Assembly: GCA_964187785.1 (NCBI GenBank)
Contig: OZ076413.1
Coordinates: 42,224,001-42,288,000 of the forward strand
From: Amphiscolops sp. MND2022
Lineage: Eukaryota
Length of the DNA: 64,000 nucleotides
Reading direction: 5' to 3'
The position numbers and the translations under genes are program-made. The number at the start of each line of letters is the position of its first letter. Within the stretch, counting starts at the first letter, position 1. A model generated the notes under the pieces. It was not told the DNA's origin, did not search any database, and saw nothing but the letters and a program-made list of their open reading frames with translations. Below, piece by piece: positions 14,114 to 28,955 of the stretch.

Positions 14114-17100
14114 TCACAATTCGGTGTCTTGGTCATCTATCGGAAGACTTTTAGTTTTACTTCTTCTAGACTGTGATGTATAGTGCAGCTCATCGGCATT
14201 GGGCTCTCTGGTTGTCTTGTTCACACTGACATTACTAGGTTCTCGAGAAGCTGTATTTTTCCCAGGATTTGGTTTTGTTTCTCCATTCTTTTGTGGATTT
14301 CCATTAGAAGTGGAAGGTGGAACTGCGTCACTAGGTCCTTGGTTTTCAGTTCCTGCCTGGTTCTGACCATTATCACTGTCTCCTGGGTTAGTTCCAGAAG
14401 ATCCAACCCCTCCCTGGTCGGGTTTTTGACTGAGACTGGATTTGGGTTTGGCAGGGTCTTGCTTTGATTGCGGTTTTGCCGGATCCTGATTAGCAGACTC
14501 TGTCTTAATTCGATCCAAATAAGATCCAGACCTCCGCTGATTTTCAGTTGATTCTGGATTGTTTTCATTTTGACTTTCTTCAGGGTTGAGAATTGTTTCA
14601 GAGTCAGGATTTGGTAAAGACTGTCTTCTATTGGGGTCCGAAAAGTAAGTTTTGGACCTTGTGCTTCCAAAAACTTGGCTTGTTTGGGTGTGGACTCCAC
14701 CTTCGGGAGAAGACCTGAAACTAGTCTGGACACCAAATCCAGGACTGGGAGGCTCCCTAAACAATGACTCTCCAGTTTGAGTTCCTAGAGTTGGTCTGCC
14801 GGCTGTTAAAGTGATTCCAGCCAGATAGGATTCCAGAGTTTGCAGTGCTGTTCCAGTCTCCAAAGTTTGAAACTTCTTGGAGCTGTTGCGAAATAGTGAT
14901 TCTTCAATGGGTCCTTTGGGGGCAACTCTTTCGGGATCCGTTTGAGTGAAAATTTCATTAGCTGTTTGAGTTTCTGACGTTTTTTGCTTCGGGTCGTGAG
15001 CAAATTTGGTCCGACTTCGACTCCGTTTGTCAGGAGTTGGAGGAAAATGTTGGGCTTCAAAGACAGGCCTGCTTGTCCCGAAGAAAGTCCTGTTCACTTG
15101 TGATTTGTAGTCGTTTACCATAATCAAGTTCGCTTGCACCACTGAAATTAGTTCGTTCACCTCTTGACGGACTTGCATAATCTGATCAGTTTTCTGAAAT
15201 TGACAAAAAAGTTTGTAAACATGATTAATTTATGATTTTGTCGTTGATTTTTACTTAAAAACTTCTGCATGATAAAAGAATGTTTTAAAAAATTGCTTGC
15301 TTCTCATGAAAACGATCTGCGTACTTTTTCGAGACTTTAAATGTGAACTGCGACAGGCAGACCTCGGGCAATCAAATCAGATTCTCAGCGACCGAATATT
15401 CCGTGGTTATTAAAAGTTGAAAGCTTCGAGTTTCAAAAATTCAAATGTAACCGCACCGACCTTTTTCTTATCGTCATCAACTTGTTGGCTGATTCTGTAG
15501 ATTTCGTCGTCTATAGTTTGTCTGATTGACTGCGTGATTTTCATAATGGCATTGGCGAGGAGTTCGCTTTCCTCTTTCATTTTTTCAGCGAAGCTCTTAA
15601 ATTCTGTTTTTTGTTCCTCGTCCAGTTTGTTCACGTGGTCAACCATTGCTTGTTGCAGTTTCTGATATTCGGTTAGCCTGAAGCGAACAAAACCTGTTAA
15701 GCCCACTTCAAAACAACACTTCAAAACTTCAAGAATATTGGTGTGATCTATTTAAGGTTGAAATCAACTGACCTGCAGGTCAATTGCAATCAAAAAAAGT
15801 GAAGAGACCCAGAAAAAAAACAACTCAAAAATTTTCAAGATTGCTAGATTTCGACTAAACTTGGATCCCCAGAGAAGTTTCAGACAAACTACCCCAGTTG
15901 AAGTTAACTGTCATAATGAACACTGTAGATTGTTTCTGGGATGCGATCAAAAACGACTAAATTTTAAGAACCCGTGAATGTCTAAATAGGTCGGATTTGG
16001 TTAACTAACTAAATACTGTTTGGCTTTTCAAATTTCAAAACTAACCTTTCACTTTTCTCGGCGAATATTTTTGCCACCGTTACTTCCTTAACTTTGTCCA
16101 ATTCTTTCTCTACGTCATCTAATCGAGGTGCCACTTTCTCCAGGAAAAGTTTGTTCACTTCTGCCACCTGATTGGTGGATTTTTTGTACCAATCAATCAC
16201 TTCCTTGAGTGCTTCGTTCACACTTTCGGTTTCGGAAGCTTTGTTCTGAAAGACTCCCATTCTTTTTATTTTGAAAGAAAAGAGAAAATAGGAGCTTTCA
16301 TGATCGAGGTTCCGTCACTGCTGAATATTTTTACCATAGTTCCTTGAAATTTGTTCAGGTTATAAAATAATACTTGGTAATGCAACCAATGAAATCAGGT
16401 ATCACAAATTATGGTGCAAAATATAACAATGTATTGAAAAAATCTCGTAGTCATCGGGTATAAGAACAATCGGGTATTGTTGGCGATAAGGACCCGTAAT
16501 AAGCCGCACCTACTTAACATCATTCAAATTTAGAATCAGGCGGTTGAAATTGACTACATAAAATTTCTGAACTTTCAAATTTGGCGTTAGGAATTGAATT
16601 ATCTAATGTTTCATGTACATGTTTTCCAGATCTTTTAAATACTTTTGGGTTCATTTTCCATGTACCTTCAGCCTTTTGTGTATCGTATTTTGTGTACAAT
16701 TCTCGAGTATCTCATTAAGCCACCTTAGATTTTTTCCGAAAACATTTAAGCTTTACTCGTCGACTTGATTACTGGAACTCACCATTGATATAGACGATAT
16801 GCTATTACGTAACATCGCAGCTTCGTTCATTTTCTTTTCCAGTGATGTCTGTAGCTGTGTTATTTTTTCAGCCAGTGCTTTCACGTTAGTTTCCAATTCA
16901 TTCACGCTTTCTTGTCTGGCAGCCATATCCGGCGGGGTTTTAACTACAGATTGTGTCTGGCCTTTTCCGGACTTGATTTGGGTAGTTACTTTTTCTTCTA
17001 CTAAGGTCAGCGCTTCCGCAAATTTTTTGTCCATGTCTGAAATCTGTTTGTCCACGTTGTCCGAAATGTTTTCCCGCGTTTTGATCTCTGCCCTCAAAGA

Positions 17101-17199
17101 TTTCGTGAGTTTTTCGAACCATTCGTCTTGATGTTTCTCCACCGAGAGCAATCCGTCGTTTATAACATTCAAACTGTCTGTAACTTTCTGTTTTTCGGC
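14114..17199 (-). CDS. Last four coding exons of a host coiled-coil protein with a low-complexity C-terminal tail (16783-17199, 16046-16245, 15461-15677, 14114-15193)
   Basis: All three introns are GT..AG with matching phases (0, 2, 0). The translation is E/K/L-rich with heptad character. Stop at 14114-14116. Confidence 0.85.
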
Positions 17200-20172
17200 C
17201 TGGAAACGAAAAATTTCAGTTTTGGACTTCAGGAATCTAAAACAGCTGTAAAACTTCAATCAGATTTTGTCAAAAAAGATAGCTAACTTGATATTCTCTA
17301 CGAATTTTACTTTCTCATGCTAAAGGGAATCTACAGCTTTTTTCGTGAGTTAGGGCTAATCAATCATCCGTATTTACGAAGAAATGAAAACATCAAAGAT
17401 TAACAAATGGCAGTTTTTCCTCGAAACCTTCTCATGCCTAAATGACAGTATTTCAAAACAAGACGCCCGCTGAGCAGCGAGATATTTTCCACCCCAAACT
17501 GTTCTACAACTACATAAATTTGAGGCTCAAGAATAGCCAATGCACTTAAAAGAAAAGAAGTTTGAAGAAAAGAAAGATTTGATTCATCTTAGCCCAATTT
17601 AAAGGAAACACTTATTTTAATATTTCTGCGATAACTGGCCACTTTTCGTTTTTTTCGGCACTATGCGACTTACCGAGAAAAGAAAAAATTTTCAGTGAAT
17701 TTTTTGAGAATAAGTTTGGGAAAACATTTTTCGCAATTTTTAGTTTATTAGAATTTCTGTGAAGTAAATAAGATTTCTGAGTCCTAAGGGTGACTTCTTT
17801 CTTACTTTTGATCAAATGAAACTGACGGGGCTTCTTATTGATTGTGAAAATTACCTCATTTCAATTTTTTCGGCTCTGTGCGTCTTTCCGAAACTTTCAT
17901 TTTTTGGCCAAAGAGTACCCTCTTGCTATCATAGATGATTGCGGTTTGAGAAAAGTAGCTTTGCGAGCTTAAACTTGCGTCGGAATAAGTTACCGGAAAA
18001 AAATCAAAAAATGGATATTTTGTGATTTTTGTTGGGGAAAAAGTGGATTCCTAGTCTCAAGGCTTTCTTGAGGTAATTTTTGGGACTGAGAAAATGGTAA
18101 AAGCTTGAAACTAGGTCCTTTCTAGTTTTAAGGAAGTTGAGCGATCCCGGTTTGTTATAATAATGCACATAGTTTCACCAGAAAGAACAAAAATTGGGAA
18201 AAGTTTTGAATACTTTGGGGTCACTTTGAGGAACTTTTCTTACATGAATCTACAGATGTCTCTTCAAAAACAAGCCTAGTGGACACCGGGTTCAGTTATT
18301 GTTGAATGTTTCACCCACGAAGTTGCTGGAAACATTTTCCTTTGGAAGTTGTACTCCATATCTAGTGATTCGATGTTGCTTGGAGAATTTTGAATAGCAA
18401 ATATTGGAAAAATCAGGTCGAACTTCACGTTTTCATGTAAAATTTTTGAGAGATGTGCCAATAAACTTGTCTGACATCTTTTCGAAACCTTACCGTTAGC
18501 TACACCTTTCAATCTTGAGCATATGGTATTTCTAATTGAAGTAAATTTTCGGAAAGGGTCCAAAATTGGGACTATGTTGTCGAAATTAAAGAAAATTCGG
18601 AAACTTTGATACCTTTGTTGTAAACTCGATGAACTTTATCCTACTTTTTCCCCAATTGCGTTTTGAATATCTTTTTGGTTTAACGCTCAGGTCATTGGAA
18701 GTTCCATTCTTCAAAAACTTTCGTGGTTTGAACAAAAATTGTTCATTACGATACACGTACCGGTAAGCTGCTGTCAGTCAAGCTGCGTAATCTGAGTAAA
18801 ATGGTAAAATGGTCATTCAGCGTAAGTTAGTCAAGACGGTCTATGCTTCAACGGTGTAGCAAAATCAACGCGCGTAATGGAAAATTGTGTAAGTTAGTCA
18901 AAACACGTAATTAGAAAAAAGCGGAAGTTAGTCCAAAAATACTCTTTTTCGTAAGTCAGTCAAAACGTTGACTAACTTCCACTTTTTGCAAATTGAGGGA
19001 CTCCTATACTTCCGAAAAGTGGAATGTGGTCAAAGTTTTGACTAACTTACACCATGTTTATATGCATTCAAAACTCAGTGTTCATTTTAATTCTAATTCA
19101 TACCACAGCATCATAAACCAGTCAAAGTAAACAATGATTCAATAAATAATTAGTTATCATTACTGAGCTCTACCGTGCATAGTACGTATAAACTGCATTC
19201 CATGCAAGTTGCACACGTGAACACGTGTGTTTCATCCACGCATTTACGTGCAAATAAAATACCTTGTAGCTTCTAATTAGTACAATTGATTGATCTGTCA
19301 ACAGGTTTCCTATTTTAACAAAACATAATTTCAAAGCAGTCCTCATTAATAGCCTGAGTTGCCTAACTAATTTTAATTTTGGTCCCTGTCGTGAGCACAG
19401 TCACCGGAATGATTGGATAACTTGTTATTTTGGTCTGGGTATTTTGAGCCAGGGTATTGGCAAGGATCTATTTTGATCCCTGTCGTGAGCACATCAAGAA
19501 AAGTTGTAACAAATAGTCTAACGGTTGTACAACCTTAGTAACATTCAGTTGAAGCTGCTTTGTGAGAAAATACCTAATTGCGAGCGAAGCTGGCTCGGTA
19601 TTAAAAAGCCACAGGGCTCCAGTTCTACTTCAAAATGGGAGAATTTGCGAGAAGAGAAAGTTGTCTTCCCAGAATCACTATGGGCTCCAAAGTTCCCAAA
19701 CGCAGAAAGGGATCAAAAAGTTTTGATAAATTATTGCCCTGTCGGGCGATTGCGCAACAGTCCAGTCATAAACAGAAATCGCTGTTCAATTTGTGATATC
19801 AGCCAAACCTGAAAATTGTAACATCTGGATATAAAATCATGAAAAAATTTTAAACGTCAGCTGTTGAATTTTTATTCCCATAATGCAGAAGTATCAACTT
19901 TTCGTGGAAGCAGTTGTTTGGAGAAAAAATTAACGACGATACTAGGTCTTATACTGTTTTACATGAACCCCAGCACGACAGAGGAGACATTATACACGTT
20001 GATCAAATGATGGAACAAATTAACATTGAAAACTAACAAACTTTTTATAGCTAACCTTATGATTACATTTTTAAAAATTTATTGTGGTGACGATACTAGC
20101 CGTAAATTCTGTAAAACTTCATTCACATGTTAATTTAGAGACTTTTTGTAGTTTTTTTACATTTATGCCGTG

Positions 20173-20521
20173 TTAGAATGTTGTGTGCAATAGAATAGAA
20201 ATTCCAGAAAAGTTGAAATTGGGATCGATTTGGAGAATACTCTTAAACGAATAATTATCCTGAGAGTTTAGCTGACAAAATCCTTTTCGGTTCCAATTTA
20301 TGGAAATGCATTGCGGGTGAATCATACATAGTTTCAAGCATGAAAAAGTTTCTATGTTTCTGTAAACAGCTAATCCACTGTTGGTCAACTTGTGGCCTGT
20401 CATATGAAATTCAAACACCATCGCTCGATGGGCCAAAGGAATTGAAGGCGATAACGCTAAAGAAACCACTCTCAGTAAAATTGCGCAATTTATCAACCCC
20501 AAGCAAGAGGCACCGGAACAT
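20173..20521 (-). pseudogene. Small secreted PAN/apple-domain protein gene or fragment (ATG at 20521 is out of frame by 1 nt)
   Basis: Hydrophobic leader, then F...GHKL...SCLKLCMIHPQCISINW...CQLN, the PAN cysteine pattern. The ORF-track start is TTG. Confidence 0.6.
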
Positions 20522-21000
20522 TGTTAGAATTTCTTCCGAAGTAATTTCGCAAATTAAAATTTCGAATCTGAAATGCCGCGACAGTTGAATCAAACTGGTT
20601 CAAAATTGTTTTAGCAATATAAAATATTTTTACTTTCGGTAATAATACTGTCGAATTTAACCGAAACATGCAAAACTCAACATTGTCAGTATGAATGGAA
20701 GGTTTGATTTTGTTTTGCAGTCCGTAGTTTCTGATGAGAATAGATATCAATAGAAATGACCTCTTTACTAGAATAATAACTTACAGGAACGCTCCATGGA
20801 TACATCAATAACAGTTACCAGACAAAAGCGCCCTAGTCAAAGGCGCCCAAAATACACAGTCAGAAGCGCCCCTATCAAAGGCTACATGGAAGTTGCTCAT
20901 TCTTTTCCTCCGCCAACTTGCTGACTCCAGTTCCTAACTCCAGTTGAATAAAACAAGTGTCCATTTTAAAACAGCGTATTCACTAATAGCTGCTTTAAGA

Positions 21001-22568
21001 AACAAGGCGCCCGCTGACCAGCGGGATATTTTCCGTCCGAACTGTTCTAGCAACGACATAATTACGAGTCTCAAGAGTAGCGATGAAAATGTCAAGAAGT
21101 TTCAAGTGAAAAAATTTTTATAAAGGAAAAAATTGAATCTTTACACCAATCTAAAATCTAATCTATTAAGTAGCTCAAAAATTTCACCAAACTTCGCAAA
21201 AAACGTCTAAAACTTTTGGATTTTTCAATCACTTATGGTCATTCTGAGGTACTTTTCTACATACAAAACTGCAAAATCAGTTTTTTGAAAATTTAATGCA
21301 CACCCAATTATATCGTTTACACCTTTTTGAAATTTCTCAAATACACAATTTCTCTTATTTATATTTGAAAGTGTCCATAAGATTGGAAAAATTTTATGAG
21401 ATTATTTTGTGTCTTTTCTAGCGCGAGACTGCGATTCAGTTCCAAAAAGCCTACTGTACAACGAAGTTGTTTGCTGTTGAAAGTTTTCATTCTTCTAGCA
21501 TACGAAATTTCGCAAAGTTCTAAAATTACACGAAATTCGAAAAACATTTGGGATTGGGGCCATTGAGATATTGTTCTACCTAGAAAGCTATCAAGTTTTC
21601 CTTTTGAAGGCGTATTGAATACTTTGATAAGTATTCTGTACTTTTAAAACCGTTAAACTCAAGAAGCTTTACACAAACAATCACTGAAATTGTCGAAAAC
21701 GAAAATTTCGATGTTTTGACAATTTTTAGGTCATTTGAGTTTTCTTTTCAAACACCGATTTGCAAATATGTCTTCAAAAAAACAAGTGGATGTCGACTGC
21801 TATTGTTTTGAACACCTTTTCAGATTATGATCAAAACGATTCAAATTTTTCCACAAGAATTGCATAAAAACGTTGAAAATAATTTTTACTCCACTCATTG
21901 AAGTCATTGAAATGTATTTGAAGCAAAACAGCAACTCTCTCTCTCTCTCTCCACAAAACACTGCATAGCTAGTCTCTTCATCTTTGAATGTTTTCAAGCT
22001 TAGAAAATTTCAATTTTTCTACTTTTTTGGTGTCAAACTAAGGCATATTTTTAATGAAAACTTCTGCATTCATCTATTAAAAAGCCTACTCCACAACGAA
22101 TTCAATTGTTGCACTATGTCACTAACTTTTTCATATTTTCACAATAATTTTTCGACTATTTTGGGTCTTTTTTGCCATTTTCTGTTACGAATTTGCTTTT
22201 ATATCCCCAAAAAGCCTATTGGACAACGAATTCGTTTAAACGTTTTAATTCACCAAATTTTTGGAATGTTTGACAAATTGCATAAAATCGCTAAAATTTG
22301 TAAAAGTTTGTGTTTTTTGTTTGTAAAAGTTTTTATGCTTTTCGGGTGTCGATTTGAAGCTTTTTTAAATTGAAAAATTGCATTTATCTCTTTCGAAGAG
22401 CCTACTACTGGACAACGAATGTTTCACTTGTTGAACGGTTTTTACGTTGAATTCTATGGGTAAAACCCTTCAGTTAGGTATAAATTTCGAACATTTGGGG
22501 AAAATTATGGGGAAAAAATCGGCTGATTCATTTTTTTCTTTCCCATATGAAATATGGACGGAAAATAA
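21001..22568 (+). mobile_element. Complete shorter copy of the Helitron/Helentron-like family, nested in a small TIR element (20821-22770)
   Basis: Same 5' end and 3' hairpin as 17457-33237. Flanking gacaaaagcgccc (20821) is inverted with gggcgctttttgtc (~22758-22770). Confidence 0.55.
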
Positions 22569-25500
22569 TTTACATTTTATTGACAGATTTGCCAATATTA
22601 ACGATTCAAGTCGATTTCAATTGGAATTCGTTAAATGTGAAAATGTTAAACATGGCATTACCAGTGAATTATTTTGTTTGAACATCTTCAATTAGATTTA
22701 ATTAGAGACGATGAAAGCAGTTCAAAACTTAGCGAGGCGCTTATGACTATAGAATGGGGGCGCTTTTTGTCGATTTACACAATCGATAACATACTAAAAA
22801 CGAAGTAGCAAAATTTGGACAGAAATTTTCCTTTGAGAAATGAATTCTACTTTCCTTCCAGTTCAAAACTAATTTTGAACTAATTTGGAGTCAAGCTTAA
22901 AAGCGCAGCTGTTTTTTGTTACAACCCTGGTTCTGAGTAATGCGGTTAAGAGAATACTCCTATTTTCACTCATAAAAGAGATTTTGACCTGATAGAGATA
23001 CATTCAGTTTTCAACTCCTGGAACTTCTAAATTTTGTAAGGGATTGAACTTTCAATATTTGTAATTGTACTAGTTTAGTCCTGGAATCTAATGAAATAGC
23101 TTGCTGGTCAGACAATTTTGAGTTTTCTTTTGGAACTACTTAACTACTTGCAGAGTGTGTTGAAAAAGCTTGGAGTATCTGTGGAGCAAAAATTAACCCT
23201 TTATTAAGTCGAAATGCAAAACTAGAAATTAGCAAAAATTGTCACTCAGCTTGCAGTTTAACGCTGAAATTAGGAGCCTGGATAAAGGAATCAGCGTTTG
23301 CTCTGACACTCGTTGCTTTAATTGCTCGAACTACTTTGCGCTAGAAAAATATTGGAAATGAAGGAAAAGACTGAAGTATGCGGTACTAAACGTTTTCAAT
23401 AGGCGCTTTTTGGAAAATGCAAGATTCTTACACAAAATAGTTGCAAGTTTGTTCTTTAGCTGTAACTGTAGCGACCACTTTCTATAAATTTTATAATTCC
23501 ATAAAAATTCCTTGATTGTGAGGCTTTCTTTACGGCCAAGCCTCGTGGTTAGGCTGCCTGCTTCGCAACCTAGAATCTGGTTGTGGGTTTTGAATCTCGA
23601 GCGGAACTAAAAGATTTTTGTTGTTTGGAAAATTAGACTAGGTCAAAGGTTTTTTCGTTTTTTTGGCACTGCGACTTTTGACAACTTCAAAATGTCTTTA
23701 TTTAATGAAAAGTGTTTTTCGAATCTCATGGGTGCCCATAAGGTGCTTTTGTCACTGTGAGATTGACAAACATTTTTTTTCAATGATTGAACTCGAGCTC
23801 ATTCAAATGGTATCGCTTTTTCTGAGCCTTCAGCGGGGTGCCAACTTGGCCCGTTCCTGGATTGTTTTTAGAACAGTATTCCCAAGTTTTCTCAGTTTTA
23901 CATCAGTCTTATAAAAGTTTTAGAATTCCATTTGCAACTCGCATTTTGCTTAGGAAGTTTACTTCGTTTGAAAGCTTCTCAATTTAGCTGGTTTTGTGTC
24001 TTGATTGGAGAGTTCGGGTTCTTAATTTTTAATGTTTGTTGAGATGTTTTATGTAATGGTGCAATCTTATTAGAGAATAGTTTACGTTTTCAGCTGTCCC
24101 GGATTATATCATCTCTATAAAGATTTAAAAATCTAGAGATGTTGCATGCAATAGAATCTTCATTACTGTTGAAATACAGTAAAGTTGGGTGACTTCAGTT
24201 TTTGGGTGAGCGTTTGTTGAAAAGGTTTCATTAGTGATAATGCAGAACATGTTTGATGCGTTTTCGTTAGAAAGACTGATCAACAATTTTTGCTCGAGAA
24301 CCATTGACAACATATCAATATTTGCTGTATCAACATAAATTTCGATTTTTAAAACGCTTTATATATTTTTAAAACGCTAAAAGGTAGTTTCTGTTCAGCT
24401 AAAAATACCAACAAAATGGCTTATTTTCATTACAGCAGCTACAGAAATGAGACTACTTCACAGACTCCGAGCATTTTAAAAATACATTGCTGCGCTTTCA
24501 GCGGGGCACCGATTCGAGACGTTCCCGTCTTGTTGTTTTACTGTAGAGCCAGGGTCGCGTGTAGTGCGTCTACACTTGATAAATAATGAACACAAAATAA
24601 CAAGTTATCCAATCATTCCGGTGACTGTGCTCACGACAGGGACCAAAATAAATGTTAGGCAACTATTAATGAGGGCTGCTTTGAAATTATGTTTTGTTAA
24701 AATAGGAAACCTGTTGACAGATCAATCAATTGTACTAATTAGAAGCTACAAGGTATTTTATTTGCACGTAAATGCGTGGATGAAACACACGTGTTCACGT
24801 GTGCAACTTGCATTGAATGCAGTTTATACGTACTATGCACGGTAGAGCTCAGTAATAACTAATTATTTATTGAATCATTGTTTACTTTGACTGGTTTACG
24901 ATGCTGTGGTATGAATTGGAATTAAAATGAACACTGAGTTTTGAATGCATATAAACATGGTGTAAGTTAGTCAAAACTTTGACTAACTTCCACTTATTGC
25001 AAGTATAGCGATAATCTATTGCCAAGTCTGAAAGACCTGTACCCAAAGTTCGGCTCTTGCTCCGAGGGTGTCACACAACCATTCTTTTCAACGTGAACAA
25101 CTGCAACCAAATTGTCCTACAGAGCGAGTGTTCGCATCTAACAAGTGCCAAAAATCGGATTCTTTCAATTTGAATCATGATAACACACTTCTCGAATTCG
25201 CTGTTTTTGTTTCGATCGAAAATTCGCTTTATTCCAACCGTTGGCGCTGTATCTGTCGCAGGCTGCCGCATGTGATGGCGACCCCAACACGATAGACAAA
25301 GCAAGACACACTGCCTTACCCAGAACCATTCCTTTACTACAAACTAAAGTTTTCAAAACAGTTGTATAATTTGCTTTTTCAAACCTGTAAAATTTTTTGT
25401 ATAAATGCATCAATCATTATTTGATAAGACAACTATACTCACAGGCAGACAGGCGCCGTCAAATATCTGCCTGTTCAGGATAGCTAGCGTAGCTGTCAGT

Positions 25501-28500
25501 GGCATTGTAGTCAATGACGGCTTGATCTTTATTCATTATTTAGTCGGCGCTTTCCCAGTGAAAAGTGCCCGACTATTACAGTGGCTAGTTTTTTTTAATT
25601 CCTTTTTTTTTCGTCAGACTACAATCTAACTCTGATTGGTCCACTTTTCTTACAATCGAAACTACTAAAACTACTACCATAAGGCCAAGTCCGGTCAGCA
25701 GAAATTAGTGCAAAAGGGTCCCCCCCTTTTATTTTTTACTTTTTTAACGTAACCTACAAAACCGGACGTGCCTCAAGGGTCCCCTCTTTGGTTTTTTTTC
25801 GGCATTGTGCGACTTTTTTCGAAAATTTTTCAATGTCTCAAAACAGTCCCCCTTTCGAGTTTTTTTATATTTTCCAACAGAATATATGTTAATAAACCCC
25901 AAAGGGTCCCCCCTTTTACATTTTTTGGCACTATGCGACATTTTCTGAAAGAAAAAAATCAAAATTTTCAAGTTTTGCTTTCAAAAGAAGTCTTGCGCTT
26001 TATGAGCCTTATATATGGCGCCGACTTTGGACGTTCCCGTCTTGTTTATTCATTGTTGCGATGCTACATAGATAAAAAGCTGGAATGGTCTAGTCCAAAT
26101 ATTCAATTAGTCGGTGTTGGTATTTAGTCTACTATAATTTGTTGATGAAAAATAACATGTACTTGGAATTATACATTAAAATGATGCCCCTTTGGAGTGA
26201 CTGTGCTAGCTAGTGACCTAACTATATACCTTAACTGATATTTTACATTCAATACCAACCCCTGTCCTTGTCCATTGAAAAGCCTAACGGGGCTGTTAGT
26301 CGGTCAGGTCATTTTAACCTTTTCTATGGCTTCAATTAGAGGTCTAGAGAAAGAAGTCTAGAGAAATGGATAACATGTCTGATTACGGTAACATGGATAT
26401 ATTGTTGGGAGAAGGAATTTCAAACTCTAGAGAGAGAGAGAGAGTAAGAGGTTGTTATAAATGGCCCAGGCTATGGGACTCAGAGTGGCTGATAAATAGA
26501 AGCAATTCATCTCAAGAAAATGAGATCAGAAAATTCTAGAGGCCCAACTAGGCGAGATGGACTGGTAGAGTCTATCGAGATAATATCGAACGAAATGTAT
26601 GCTAAATCAACAAGGAACTTCCAAAAGTATACAAGACGACGGTGAATTTCTCAACTTATGTCGCATAAACGGGAAGAGGGTTGACGGTCAATGGATAAAT
26701 GAGGAACCTTTCGAGGAGCTTCAGAGGCTAAATTACTGGCAACGACATTTGCCCCCGAAATGTTTTGAGGGGTTCCACGGTGGGAAAACATGCAGTGGTT
26801 CTGGAGACGTGATGGTAGTTGAATGGATAAGGCATGGTTGCAAATTTCAGAGCCAAGAGTGCTTGAGAAGCGTTTAAAAAGTATCAAAAGTACAAGAGGG
26901 ATCATACCGTTGGAAGGGAAAAGTTTCTAACTTGAATTTGATTAGACAAGTGACACATGGCAGCAGACCCATGGGTCTTTCGCCGCTCGCTAATATTCTA
27001 CAACTGTCAATTCATGAAACATTCCAGGTAAATTTTCCAAAAATTAAAAAAAAAACTTTCTACCCTATTGTAGTGCAAAGGCTAGTTTTTTAGGCCAAGA
27101 ATTATAACCTAATGATAAATTGCAAGTTACACAAATGAACTGAATGACAAGTCACGATAGCAAACGCTTCCTACTACTTATACTAGACAATAGCTTACTT
27201 GATATCTTCAACTGTTAATAAATAACTCCACGTAGCTCCTTGTAAGAATTGAATACCTCTAGTCGAAGGGATCAAGGTACGAAGGAGCTAAGAAAAAAGG
27301 AGCTATAAAAATATTTGTGGTTTCCCAGTGTATATCACTGGACCCTTCCATGTTAAAAATATCACTTTCGAAGCTCACTTGAACAGACAAATCCAAGCAA
27401 TCAGAATACCAGAAGAGCAAACCGTCACAGGGGTAATTACACCTTTTCTATTTTTGCCTCTAAAATGAATAAAAGTAACATCAAATGTCTTTCAAAACAT
27501 TCAATTTTCATGACTAAGGACCGCAATGAAATTGGCACTGAAAGGTGTCGTCTTGGGCTATCGTTGAATATGCTACTCCTTTTGTTCACCATTGCAGTTT
27601 ATATCTTTTTCAGCATTTCATAAAAACCTATAATAAGAAAGGTTTCAAGAAACAAGTTGAGAGTCATTAACCCTAATGACCCTAGTGGTACTTTGAAGCA
27701 GCCTACCTATTTTTCACTTTCGGATTCCTTCTGCCAGTAGCCCATATTCTCTAGCACAGTTTTTTTTTCAACAATTAATTGGTACTTAGATTGATTTGAA
27801 AGGCCTAAGCATTATACCACATACGCTTCCACAACACGTCCGTGTGCAACAAACCTCAATAATGTCCTGTTTGTTATTACTGCAAGCCCCGAACTGCTGA
27901 ATGGCCGCGTGGCGGCAGTACCGAAAAAGAAACTGAAATTCTGAAAGAGAGGGCGCGCGACGACAGGGGCTCACCTGACCAAAATGAAAGCCCAGTACCA
28001 GACCTTTCAAATGCGCTATAGTTCGTTTCTATGGTACGTGTAGTTGTGGAGATATTAATGATGGACATGCGCTTGATAATTCGAAACAAGATACGAACCA
28101 CTAGTACCAATACACTGAAAAAACGCCCAAAGATGGGCATTTCAGAGATAAAAACTTTTAGGAGGTCAGTGATGAAAACATGCTTAATGAGACGCCAAGT
28201 TCTAACCCATCACATCATTGTACATAAACACAAACGAATCTAATCCTAGGAATGCTTGCATTACAATGCGATTTTTAAAGGCATATTCTAAACAAGCACC
28301 TAATGCTATTGCAAACCTGCGTGAAGAGGCATCAAAAAAGCAAAGAGCTGGAATGCAGCTAAAGCTAATTGCGAAAAACTGGGCGCAACACTTTTCGACG
28401 ACTTCGATGGATCACAGTCACAGATAGACTTTCTTATCTCTAAATCTGGGCTTAACAAGTCAGCGAGGGTCTTTTTAATTTGCGTTTTTGATTAAATAAA

Positions 28501-28685
28501 TGCCCGATAAACCTTTATTTTAAAAGAACTCAATGAGACGAAAACAGTGAGTTGAGCGGCGGCCATTTTCTTGTTCTAGTGGTTGTTCACTTGTTCTAGT
28601 CCAGACGTTTGGGAGCAGAAAGATGCATTTGATCCCACACAGGTTCAAAATCTTTTGAAAAAGAATAGCTGAAAATTGGGAACTT

Positions 28686-28955
28686 ATGAAAAAATGTATG
28701 CAAGAATTTACAAAACTCCTAAATACAACTGCGTTATCAGAAGACCCGCGCAGGAGATTTCATGTCGGAATACGAATTGATGATAATGGTAACTGGACGA
28801 ACAACGACGGAAAAGTCGTGGATGCTAGTAAACTCCTATGGAAGTATCCAAATCCCGACGGAGATGGAAATGTGGCAGAGGTCTCGGAAACAGGACTGAA
28901 CGATATTCCGTCGGATTTCACTAGATATTCAGTTTGTCATTACACGAAACTTTGA
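28686..28955 (+). pseudogene. C-type lectin-like domain fragment
   Basis: FHVGIR..GNWTNNDG..LLWKYPNPDGDG..GLNDIPS..YSVC follows the C-terminal CTLD pattern. The inner cysteines are missing and the upstream frame is stopped. Confidence 0.55.

Larger units (their letters stand above)
19030..24993. repeat. ~400-bp inverted repeat pair (19030-19432 and 24592-24993)
   Basis: Near-identical reverse complements, e.g. gtcaccggaatgattggataacttgttattttg versus caaaataacaagttatccaatcattccggtgac. Confidence 0.9.

Noticed and set aside
26270..26930. Possible decayed LINE endonuclease region
   Set aside because: The composition looks coding-derived, but no diagnostic motif could be read with confidence.
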